From the NCBI RefSeq assembly GCF_000284115.1, contig NC_017080.1, positions 1,470,001 through 1,502,000 of the forward strand: 32,000 nt of DNA. The letters run 5' to 3'. Below, piece by piece: positions 19,207 through 26,688 of the stretch (position 1 is its first letter; every line of letters starts with the position of its first letter). A program made the position numbers and the translations under genes. Under the pieces are notes generated by a model, which was given only the letters and a program-made list of their open reading frames with translations, was not told the DNA's origin and made no database searches. Source of the stretch: Phycisphaera mikurensis NBRC 102666 (GTDB lineage: Bacteria; Planctomycetota; Phycisphaerae; Phycisphaerales; Phycisphaeraceae).

Positions 19207-19368
19207 TTAGCGCACCGCGCGCAATTTTCCGATCGCCTCTGCGGGCGAGTCGTGCCCCTCGCTTCGTCGGCTGCATCGCCCTGCAGGGGCAGGGCTGCTT
19301 CGCCTCCTCACGAGGAACACGACGCGCGGACGCAGGCCGATCGGAAAATTGCGCACGATGCTCTAGGC
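19207..19368. repeat. ~160-bp imperfect palindromic element (MITE/REP-like or structured RNA)
   Basis: Perfect 17-nt inverted arms gcgcaattttccgatcg (19219-19235) / cgatcggaaaattgcgc (19338-19354). Outward extensions match at 8 of 12 positions. The interior is also imperfectly self-complementary, centred on ctgcag at 19281-19286. Confidence 0.75.
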
Positions 19369-19393
19369 ACGCCAAGCCGGTACCTTCGTCGGC

Positions 19394-19882
19394 ATGAGCC
19401 AATCTTGCGTCGTCGGCGTGGTCATGGGCAGCCGGAGCGACTGGCCGACGATGGAGGCCGCGGCGGCGGTGCTCGACCGCTTCGGCGTCCCGCACGAGGC
19501 GCGGGTGATCTCCGCCCACCGCACGCCCGAGCGGATGAACCGCTACGCCGCCGACGCCGCCGGGCGCGGCCTTCGAGCCATCATCGCCGGCGCCGGCGGG
19601 GCGGCCCACCTGCCGGGCATGCTCGCGGCGCAGACGGCCGTGCCCGTCCTGGGCGTCCCGGTCCAGAGCCGCGCGCTCCAGGGCCTGGACTCGCTGCTCT
19701 CGATCGCGCAGATGCCCGGCGGAGTCCCCGTCGCCACCTTCGCAATCGGCGAGGCGGGGGCGAAAAACGCGGGGCTGTTCGCCGTTGCCCTGCTCGCGAC
19801 CACGGACGCGGAGCTGGCGGAGAAGCTCGCGGCCTTCCGTCGGGAGCAGGCGGAGGCCGTGGGCGACGATCCCCGCGGCTGA
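19394..19882 (+). CDS. purE: N5-carboxyaminoimidazole ribonucleotide mutase
   Basis: 162-aa ORF. Motifs: [34 protein letters not shown] and GVPV, the canonical PurE class I pattern. Confidence 0.93.
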   Translation: MSQSCVVGVVMGSRSDWPTMEAAAAVLDRFGVPHEARVISAHRTPERMNRYAADAAGRGLRAIIAGAGGAAHLPGMLAAQTAVPVLGVPVQSRALQGLDSLLSIAQMPGGVPVATFAIGEAGAKNAGLFAVALLATTDAELAEKLAAFRREQAEAVGDDPRG

Positions 19883-19891
19883 GGCCGGGTA

Positions 19892-19907
19892 GCGCACGAT
19901 GCTCTAG
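19892..19907 (+). repeat. 16-mer GCGCACGATGCTCTAG, second copy (downstream of purE)
   Basis: Exact direct repeat of 19351-19366, which is the right terminus of the palindromic element. The two copies bracket purE. Confidence 0.9.
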
Positions 19908-19917
19908 CTTGGGCGGG

Positions 19918-19936
19918 GGCCGGCGGACCGCCGGCC
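19918..19936. terminator. GC palindrome after purE
   Basis: ggccggcgg a ccgccggcc: 9-nt arms around a single central base, read directly, 36 nt after the purE stop. There is no U-tract. Confidence 0.3.
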
Positions 19937-19963
19937 GCAGCCGCCCCCGCCGCCGAGCCACCG

Positions 19964-21148
19964 ATGAACGCTCCCCGCCGCCGCCGTCTCCCCGCCGCGT
20001 TGCTTCTGGCGGGCCTTCTGCCCGCGACCGCCGAGGCTTCGATGTCGACCGGCGACACGCCGGCGCTGGACGTCCGCCTGCTCGACGGCACGAGCCTGCC
20101 ATCGAACGTCTTCGCGGGGCACCCCGTGGTGGTCACCTTCTGGGCCGCCGGCCACCCCGCGAGCGTCGCGGCGCTGGAGTCGCTGGCCGCGCTGCCGCCC
20201 GAGGCGGCCGGCGCCGCCGCGTTCCTGGGCGTCGCGCTCGACGCCGACCTCGCCCTCGCGACCGACGCGGCGGAGCGCGTGGCCGGCGGCGACGCCTGGG
20301 AGCACGCGTTCAACGGACGGCAGGCCGAGCCGGTCGACACGCGCTTCTACGACGCGCCTTATGGGATCCCGGCCGTCTGGCTGCTCGACGGCGACGGCCG
20401 GGTGACCTGGACGGGCCACCCCGACGACCTCGAGCCGGCCCTCGCGGAGGCCGTGACGGCCGCGGGAGACACGCCCGCCTGGGGGCCGGGCGTCCGCGCC
20501 GCCCGCATTGCTTGGGCCGGCGTGCTGGAGGCGGCGGGCAGCCGGCCGGAGGACCTGCTCGACGGAGCCGAGCGGCTGAGCGAGCTCGGCGAGCTCGACG
20601 CGGCCACGGCCGGGCCCGACGCCGCCGCGAACGCCGCGGGCGTGGTGGCCGCGCTCGCGGGCCAGCCCGGCGTCGAGCGGTCGCGGTTGAAGCTCGCCGG
20701 CGACGCCGACCCGAGCGGTGCCCGCGCTCTGATCCGGCTCCGTGAGCTCGCCGGCGACGCCGCCGAGGCCGACGCCGCGGCGCGGCGGACCCGCGTCGAC
20801 ACCTTGGAGGCGGCGCGTCGGGCCGAGGACCGCAACGACGACGCCGCGGCGATGGCGAGCTACGCGGCGCTGGTCGAGGAAGGCCCGGCCGATGCGCCGG
20901 AGGTCATCGCCGCGGCCGAGCGGCTGGAGGTCTTCCGGGCGAAGGGGATGACCGCCGACGCCGCCCGCGCCGAGGCCGACGCGGCGGAGGCGGCGCGGAG
21001 GCTGCTGCTCGCCCGCAACTACGCCGAGAACTTCCGCGAGGAGAACGCGGTGGAAGAGCTCGAAGAGCTGCTGGAGCGCTTCCCCGAGAGCCCGTCGGCG
21101 GCCGAAGCCGCGGAGCTGAAGGCGGAGCTGGAGGCGATGTTGCGGTAG
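19964..21148 (+). CDS. secreted thioredoxin-fold (TlpA/ResA-like) protein lacking the CxxC motif, with a helical C-terminal domain
   Basis: ATG at 19964 with signal peptide RRRRLPAALLLAGLLPATAEA. The segment GHPVVVTFWAAGHPAS aligns by eye to the FWA-x-W-C-x-P-C region of TlpA-like proteins, but both Cys are absent. GIPAVWLLDGDGRV matches the cis-Pro/beta-strand region. The C-terminal half is Ala/Glu/Arg-rich and helical. Confidence 0.6.
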   Translation: MNAPRRRRLPAALLLAGLLPATAEASMSTGDTPALDVRLLDGTSLPSNVFAGHPVVVTFWAAGHPASVAALESLAALPPEAAGAAAFLGVALDADLALATDAAERVAGGDAWEHAFNGRQAEPVDTRFYDAPYGIPAVWLLDGDGRVTWTGHPDDLEPALAEAVTAAGDTPAWGPGVRAARIAWAGVLEAAGSRPEDLLDGAERLSELGELDAATAGPDAAANAAGVVAALAGQPGVERSRLKLAGDADPSGARALIRLRELAGDAAEADAAARRTRVDTLEAARRAEDRNDDAAAMASYAALVEEGPADAPEVIAAAERLEVFRAKGMTADAARAEADAAEAARRLLLARNYAENFREENAVEELEELLERFPESPSAAEAAELKAELEAMLR

Positions 21149-21157
21149 GGCGGGGGG

Positions 21158-21493
21158 GAAGCGGGGAAGCGGGGAAGCGGGGAAGCGGGGAAGCGAAGAA
21201 GTGAGGAAGCGAAGAAGCGAAGAAGCGGAGAAGCGGAGAAGCGGAGAAGCGGGGAAGCGAAGAAGCGAAGAAGCGAAGAAGTGAGGAAGCGAAGAAGCGA
21301 AGAAGTGAGGAAGCGAAGAAGCGAAGAAGTGAGGAAGCGAAGAAGCGAAGAAGCGAAGAAGCGAAGAAGCGCAGAAGCGGAGAAGCGAAGAAGCGGAGAA
21401 GCGGAGAAGCGGAGAAGCGGAGAAGCGGAGAAGCGAAGAAGCGGAGAAGCGGAGAAGTGAGGAAGCGAAGAAGCGAAGAAGCGGGGAAGTGAG
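21158..21493. repeat. 42-unit tandem array of the 8-bp repeat GAAGCGRR
   Basis: Parsed by hand with no indel over 336 bp: GAAGCGAA x18, GAAGCGGA x11, GAAGCGGG x6, GAAGTGAG x6, GAAGCGCA x1. Confidence 0.95.
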
Positions 21494-21628
21494 GGGAAGG
21501 GGAGGGCGGGAGACGGCTTGGAGGGGTTGGGGTTGGGCGCTGCTGGGTTTTGGTGGGGCATGAGCTTTTGTTGCCTTGTGTGAGGCTCGGCTCGATCTCT
21601 CGCTTTCTCTTCCGGCTTACGCTCCCGC

Positions 21629-22612
21629 ATGCGCACCCGCTCGCTCTACACCGGCGGTCCGGCCGTTCCTGACGTCGGCCTGGGCTGCTGGCAGATCGGC
21701 GGCGGCTGGGCGGGCGACTGGGACGCCGCGGCGGCGGCCGGGGTGCTCGCGGCCGCGTACGACGCGGGCGTCCGCTTCTTCGACACGGCCGACGTGTACG
21801 GCGGCGGCGCGAGCGAGGAGGCGGTGGGGCGCTTCGTCGCGGGTCGCGACGGCTGCGTCGTCGCGACCAAGCTCGGCCGCGCCGCGGGGATCTTCCCCGG
21901 CGGCTACACCGAGGCGGCGCTGCGGTCGGCGACCGAGGCGTCGCTCGATCGGCTCGGCGTGGAGCGGCTGGACCTCACGCAGCTGCACTGCGTGCCAACC
22001 GGCGTGCTCCGGCGCGGCGAGGTCTTCGCGTGGCTGCGGAAGCAGAGGGACGACGGCTTGATCGCCGCCTTCGGGGCCAGCGTGGAGTCGGTGGAGGAGG
22101 GGATGATCTGCCTGCAGGACGGCGGCGTCTCCACGCTGCAGGTCATCTTCAACGCCTTCCGGCAGGACCCCCTCGACGAGCTGCTGGCGACCGCCGCCGC
22201 GGCGGGCGTGGGCGTCATTGTGCGGCTGCCGCTGGCGAGCGGGCTGCTCACCGGCAAGCTGAAGCAGGACACCGCCTTCGGTGCGGGCGATCACCGCGGC
22301 TTCAACCGCGACGGGGCGGCCTTCAACGTGGGCGAGACCTTCGGCGGGATCCCGTACGAGCGGGGCGTGGAGCTGTCCGAACGCTTCGTCGAGATCACCC
22401 GCGACGCCGCGGGCACCCCCGCGCAGCGGGCGCTGCGCTGGGTGCTGGACCACCACGCGGTGTCGGTGGCGATCCCCGGGGCGAGCCGGCCGGCGCAGGC
22501 GCGCGGCAACGCGGCGGCGTCGGAGATGCCGGAGCTCGGCGGAGCGGTGCACGGGCGGCTCGCCGCGCTCTGGCGCGACGAAGTCGCTCCGCACGTGCGG
22601 GGCCCGCGTTGA
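21629..22612 (+). CDS. aldo/keto reductase
   Basis: 327-aa ORF with an ATG at 21629. Motifs: LGCWQIGG, FFDTADVYGGGASEE, and VATKLG (catalytic Lys region), plus a C-terminal IPGASRPAQ, the typical AKR pattern. Confidence 0.9.
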   Translation: MRTRSLYTGGPAVPDVGLGCWQIGGGWAGDWDAAAAAGVLAAAYDAGVRFFDTADVYGGGASEEAVGRFVAGRDGCVVATKLGRAAGIFPGGYTEAALRSATEASLDRLGVERLDLTQLHCVPTGVLRRGEVFAWLRKQRDDGLIAAFGASVESVEEGMICLQDGGVSTLQVIFNAFRQDPLDELLATAAAAGVGVIVRLPLASGLLTGKLKQDTAFGAGDHRGFNRDGAAFNVGETFGGIPYERGVELSERFVEITRDAAGTPAQRALRWVLDHHAVSVAIPGASRPAQARGNAAASEMPELGGAVHGRLAALWRDEVAPHVRGPR

Positions 22613-23394
22613 GCCTCCGCGTCGCGGTGATCCTCGCCGCGGCGGGCTCGGGCTCGCGCTTCGGCGGGCCGGCGACGCCGACGGGGCCGACGAAGGTGGA
22701 GGAGGACCTCGGCGGTCGCCCGGTCTTCGCCTGGTCGCTCGCGCTGCTGCGGGCCCGGGCGGGGGTGGTGTCGGTGGTGCTGGCGGTCGATCCGCGGCGG
22801 CGGGACGCGTTCGCGGCGCGGTGGCCGGCGGAGCTGGCCGACGCGGCCGGCCTCGCCCCGGTCCGGGTGGTCGCCGGCGGCGCCGACCGCGACGCGACGG
22901 TGCGGCTGGCGCTGGCGGCCGTTCCCGAGGACGCCACCCACGCCGCGGTGCACGACGCGGCGCGGCCGGGCATCGACGACGCGTTGCTCGATCGGCTCTT
23001 TGCCGCCGCGGCCGCGGGGCACGACGCGGTGTTCCCCGGGGTGCCCGTGGCCGACACGCTGCGCCGCGTTCAGGCCGCGGGGGGCGGGGTGGCCCGCGCG
23101 GGCGAGACCGTTGATCGCGAGAGCCTGGTGGCGGTGCAGACGCCGCAGCTCTTCGCGATCGGCGTGCTGCGCCGGGCGCACGCGGCCACGCTGCCGGGTC
23201 CGCCCACCGACGATGCCGGCCGCGTCGCCGCCCTCGGCGTCCCGGTGGTCTGCGTGCCCGGTGATCCGCGGAACGTGAAGCTCACGACGCGGGCGGACCT
23301 GGCGACGCTGGAGGCCCGGGTGGCCGATGCTCCGTCGGCATCGGGCCCGCCCGGCGGGCCGGCGAGGGAGCCGGGCCCCGCCGGCCGAGCCTGA
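22609..23394 (+). CDS. ispD: 2-C-methyl-D-erythritol 4-phosphate cytidylyltransferase
   Basis: In the frame of ORF 22030-23394. Motifs: AVILAAAGSGSRFG, GGADRDATV, VHDAARPG, PVADTL, VQTPQLF, TDDA and GDPRNVKLTTRADL. The start is probably the TTG at 22609, overlapping the reductase stop (TTGA); the GTG at 22627 is an alternative. Confidence 0.88.
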   Translation: MSLRVAVILAAAGSGSRFGGPATPTGPTKVEEDLGGRPVFAWSLALLRARAGVVSVVLAVDPRRRDAFAARWPAELADAAGLAPVRVVAGGADRDATVRLALAAVPEDATHAAVHDAARPGIDDALLDRLFAAAAAGHDAVFPGVPVADTLRRVQAAGGGVARAGETVDRESLVAVQTPQLFAIGVLRRAHAATLPGPPTDDAGRVAALGVPVVCVPGDPRNVKLTTRADLATLEARVADAPSASGPPGGPAREPGPAGRA

Positions 23395-23413
23395 CGCCCC
23401 GCAGCGACGAAGG

Positions 23414-26035
23414 TCAGCCGCCCGAGGTCTCCACCCGGTTCCGGACCGCCTCGAGACGGCGTCTGTGCAGCGGCTCGTCCGGCTCCAGGCGCACGAGCTG
23501 CTCGACCTGGAAGAGGGCCTCCGCCGGCTCGCCCGCGCGCAGCGCGAGGGCCGCGGCGTCCTCCCGCAGCCCCGCGTCGTAGGGCTGCCGCAGCAGCGCC
23601 GCCTGCGCCGCCGCGAGCGCGGCGGCCGGGCGATCGTCGCGGGAGTACAGCTCCATCAGCAGGCGGGCGCTGCGGGCGGTCATGCCGTCGGAGCGCTCCA
23701 GCACCGAGAGGTGCGCGGCGGCGAGGTCGGCGTTGCCGGCGGCGAGCGCGAGGTCGGCGAGGGCGGTCTGCGGCCACGGGTCGACCGGGCGGGCCAGGGC
23801 GTAACGCTCCACCGCCGCCTCCGCGGCGGCGGGGTTCCCGAAGGCGGCCTCGAGGCGAGCGACCGCCTCGAGCACGTCGGGGTGGCGGGCCTCGGCGGCG
23901 GGGAGCGCCGCGAGCGCCCCGCGGGCGGCGGCGGCCGCGGCCGGGTCGGCGGCCGAGCGGGCCGCCCCGATGGCCGCGGCGGCCTCGCCTTCGGGGGGGG
24001 CCTTGTCGAGGCCCCATCGGGCGACGGCGGCCTCGGCCCAGGGGCGGAAGCGGGCGAGGAAGGCTTCGGGGCCCAGCCCCGTGGACGCCCGCAGCGCCTC
24101 CGCGTCGCCCGCGCCCCGGGCCGCGGCGTCGAGCATCCGCAGCATCGCCGGCCGGCCGTCGACCTCCATCAGGTGCTCGAGCATCCAGGCCGACTGCGCG
24201 TACGCGAGCGGCCGGTCGGTCGGCTTCTCGGGGCGGATGAAGCCCCAGTTGAGGTCCTCGTAGGCGAAGAGCGCGTCCGCCCGCAGGGCGGCCGCGAGCA
24301 GCTTCGCCTGGTCGTACGGCCGCCCGACCGACTCGGCGTTCACCGCCGCCGCCTCGGTCAGCCAGTGGGCGATGCGGTTGCCCGTGCGGTCGAGGGTGAC
24401 GGTGTGGGCGTACTCGTGCCGCAGCACGTTGAGCCAGTGGAAGGCGCCCGCCTGCTCGGGGCCCAGCCTCGGCGGCGTCATCGCGATCACATCGCCGGTG
24501 CAGGCGGCGATCGTCCAGATCTCCGGCCGGCCGGTGATCCGCACGGCGAAGCTCGGGGCGTCGGGCAGCAGGTCGATCTGCGTGGGCCGCGCCGGCTCGT
24601 GGTCGAAGAAGCCGGTGACGTCCGCCCGCATCGGCTCCAGCGCGCGGCCCATGTCGGCGGCGAGCACGGCGTCGGGGCCCGGGGCGTGGCGGATCCGGAA
24701 GTGGGCCGTCTCGATCACCGGCCAGGCCAGCATCCGCTCGAAGAGGTCCAGCGAGTTGGCGGCGTCGGACTGGAAGGGATCCAGGCGGACCGACTCCCGC
24801 AGGGCCGCGACCGCGGCGGGCAGGTCGCCCTGCTGGGCGAGCGTCATGCCCAGCGTGTGGTGCGGGCCGGGGTCGCTCGGCAGGCGGCGGATGGCCTCCC
24901 GCAGCGCCGCCACCGAGGCGGGGTACCGCCGGGCCTCGGACAGCACTTCGCCCAGCACGGCATACGCCGCCGCGCCCCCGGGCGCGGCGGACTCGCACGC
25001 GGCCAGGGCCGCCGCCGCCGCGGGGGACGCGGGGTCGAGGATCGCTTCGGCGGCGGCCCGGAGCGGGAGCAGGTCGATCCGCTCGCCGCCCGCCGCGGCG
25101 ATCACCGCGAGGGCGCCCGCCGGATCGTCGGCCCGCAGGAGCGCCCGCGCCTCGAGCGCGTCGGCAAAGGGGTGCCCGCGGCCGGCTCCCGGGGCTCCGC
25201 CGCCGAGCCGCTGCGTGAGCCCCCGGAGCCGCGCGACCACCGCGTTCACGCGATCGAAGTCGAACCCATCGAGCGCCACCTCGCCGAGCAGCCGCAGCGA
25301 AGCGGCGTCCAGCGGGTCGCGGGCGAGCGCCGCCTCGAGCGCCGAGCCGCCGCCGCCGCGGTTGTCGCGGTCGAACAGCAGCTGCGCTTGGACCCGCCGC
25401 GGGCCGGCCTCCAGCGGGGCGCGCTCCGTGGCCTCGTCCAGCAGCGCCGAGGCGCGGCGCGTCGCTCTCGGACCGGCCACGCCGAGCCGGTCGGCCAGCA
25501 GCAGCGCCTCGGCGTGGATCCGCGGATCCTGCGGCGGGTCGTCGAGCAGCGCCGCCAGCACCCCCGCGGCGTCCCCGTGGCGGCCGACCTCGAAGAGACA
25601 CCCCGCACGCAGCAGGCGCTCGGCCGGCGGCCGCTCCGCCGGGTCCTCCTCCCCGAGGTGCGCCAGCGCCGCCAGCGGGCGGCCGTGCTCCCGCCAGGCG
25701 GCCGCCGCCGGCACCCGGTTGCCGGCGTCGGAGCGAACCGCGGCGGGCCAGGCATCGGGCCGCACGCCCGCGGCACGCAGCAGCGCGGCGGCCTCTTCGG
25801 CGGGCAGCGTGGCCGGGTCCAGGCCCGGCCACCGCCCGTGGGCGATCCGGCGGCGGGCCGCTCGGGGCCCGTCCGCCTCCGCTTCCATCAGCCGCTCCAG
25901 CGCCGCCGGCGCGGGCGGCAACGCCAGCGGCGCTGCGCCCGGGTCCGCCTCCACGCCCGCGGCCGGCACCCGCCAGCAGCACCAGGCGAGCCCGAGCAGG
26001 AGGACCAGGACCGACCGGGGCGGGACGCGAGGCAC
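23414..26035 (-). CDS. exported TPR-repeat protein with embedded peptidase-MA-like HExxH domain
   Basis: C-terminal 873 codons of the 1099-aa ORF. The GTG at 26035 gives the signal-like N-terminus PRVPPRSVLVLLLGLAWCCWRVPAAG; GTGs at 26062 and 26086 are alternatives. The zinc motif HEYAH (nt 24404-24418) is followed by WLTEAAAV, a gluzincin-like third ligand. Ala/Leu-rich TPR-like repeats lie on both sides. Confidence 0.7.
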   Translation of the reverse strand: MPRVPPRSVLVLLLGLAWCCWRVPAAGVEADPGAAPLALPPAPAALERLMEAEADGPRAARRRIAHGRWPGLDPATLPAEEAAALLRAAGVRPDAWPAAVRSDAGNRVPAAAAWREHGRPLAALAHLGEEDPAERPPAERLLRAGCLFEVGRHGDAAGVLAALLDDPPQDPRIHAEALLLADRLGVAGPRATRRASALLDEATERAPLEAGPRRVQAQLLFDRDNRGGGGSALEAALARDPLDAASLRLLGEVALDGFDFDRVNAVVARLRGLTQRLGGGAPGAGRGHPFADALEARALLRADDPAGALAVIAAAGGERIDLLPLRAAAEAILDPASPAAAAALAACESAAPGGAAAYAVLGEVLSEARRYPASVAALREAIRRLPSDPGPHHTLGMTLAQQGDLPAAVAALRESVRLDPFQSDAANSLDLFERMLAWPVIETAHFRIRHAPGPDAVLAADMGRALEPMRADVTGFFDHEPARPTQIDLLPDAPSFAVRITGRPEIWTIAACTGDVIAMTPPRLGPEQAGAFHWLNVLRHEYAHTVTLDRTGNRIAHWLTEAAAVNAESVGRPYDQAKLLAAALRADALFAYEDLNWGFIRPEKPTDRPLAYAQSAWMLEHLMEVDGRPAMLRMLDAAARGAGDAEALRASTGLGPEAFLARFRPWAEAAVARWGLDKAPPEGEAAAAIGAARSAADPAAAAAARGALAALPAAEARHPDVLEAVARLEAAFGNPAAAEAAVERYALARPVDPWPQTALADLALAAGNADLAAAHLSVLERSDGMTARSARLLMELYSRDDRPAAALAAAQAALLRQPYDAGLREDAAALALRAGEPAEALFQVEQLVRLEPDEPLHRRRLEAVRNRVETSGG

Positions 26036-26289
26036 CGGCGAAGGTAGGCCGCGATCGGGCACCCGGATCTTTCGGCACCTTCGCACGAAGATCCCGATGC
26101 TCGACCCGATCGCTGCAACCCGCTCGCGGGGTGGTAACCGGAAGAAGCGCTGCCGACGAGCGATGGGAGCAGCCGCGCGTCCAGCGGACAGACCACCGCC
26201 CGAGCGGCGTGACCCCCGGGCATCAACCGGTGTCGAAGGTCGGATCGGAGACGCTTCGGCGTTCCTTCGAGGTGCCCGCCGCGGCGGCG

Positions 26290-26688
26290 TCAGGCCGCTC
26301 GGCGGTGCAGCGCGGCGGTCAGCACGCAGCCCGGGCCGACGCCGCCGCCGAGGCGGTACGGCCGCAGCATCCCCGCGATGGGCCCCGAGAGCGGCCGGCT
26401 GAAGCCCGACCCGGAACCCCCCGCGCGCGAGCCGGGCCGGCGGTGGCACTCCCGCAGCCACCAGCAGAGCGTCGAAGCGACCCACTCGCGCGGGAATTGG
26501 CCCCGCGGCGGCCGCTTCAGACCGCTCCAGCGTTGCGACACGGCATCGGCGATGCGGTCCGCAAGGCGGGCGTAGCGCTTGTCGAATCGCAGGATGCCGC
26601 AGACGACCGCGTGGACCTGCGCAGGCCCGAACGACTCGGAAACAGGCTCGACCCCCGGGCTCTTCACGTTGGAGGTTGGATGGCTCAT
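26290..26688 (-). CDS. hypothetical protein (132 aa, Trp/Cys/Arg-rich)
   Basis: ATG at 26688. Codon third positions are strongly G/C-biased in this frame, unlike the overlapping extension of the long ORF. No motif recognised. The C-terminal third is Gly/Arg low-complexity. Confidence 0.45.
   Translation of the reverse strand: MSHPTSNVKSPGVEPVSESFGPAQVHAVVCGILRFDKRYARLADRIADAVSQRWSGLKRPPRGQFPREWVASTLCWWLRECHRRPGSRAGGSGSGFSRPLSGPIAGMLRPYRLGGGVGPGCVLTAALHRRAA

Noticed and set aside
19207-19368. Purine or ZTP riboswitch, or a Bacillus-type PurBox pair, upstream of purE.
   Set aside because: I see no conserved purine-riboswitch loops and no ZTP (pfl) core or pseudoknot sequences. The AATTTTCCGATCG arms only loosely resemble the PurBox consensus as I recall it (AWWWCCGAACWWT) and are about 100 nt apart rather than closely paired. 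The terminal 16-mer also recurs downstream of the gene, which favours a repeat element.
21158-21493. Possible CRISPR array.
   Set aside because: The units are contiguous 8-bp repeats with no spacers, far shorter than CRISPR repeats. No cas genes are nearby.
21019-21636. 205-aa minus-strand ORF translating the octamer array into an 8-aa repeat (SASPLLRF / LTSSLLRF).
   Set aside because: It overlaps the 3' end of the upstream gene and the start of the reductase. Its third-position composition is unlike real genes here. The repeat period is 8 bp, so all frames are periodic regardless of coding.
26444-26458. TGGCAC-N5-CAGC, which has correct GG-N10-GC spacing for a sigma-54 -24/-12 element. A similar one lies on the minus strand near 775-795.
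   Set aside because: Both lie inside coding regions (the 132-aa ORF on the opposite strand, and the SDR gene) with no downstream gene in the right orientation within a reasonable distance. They are likely chance matches in GC-rich DNA.
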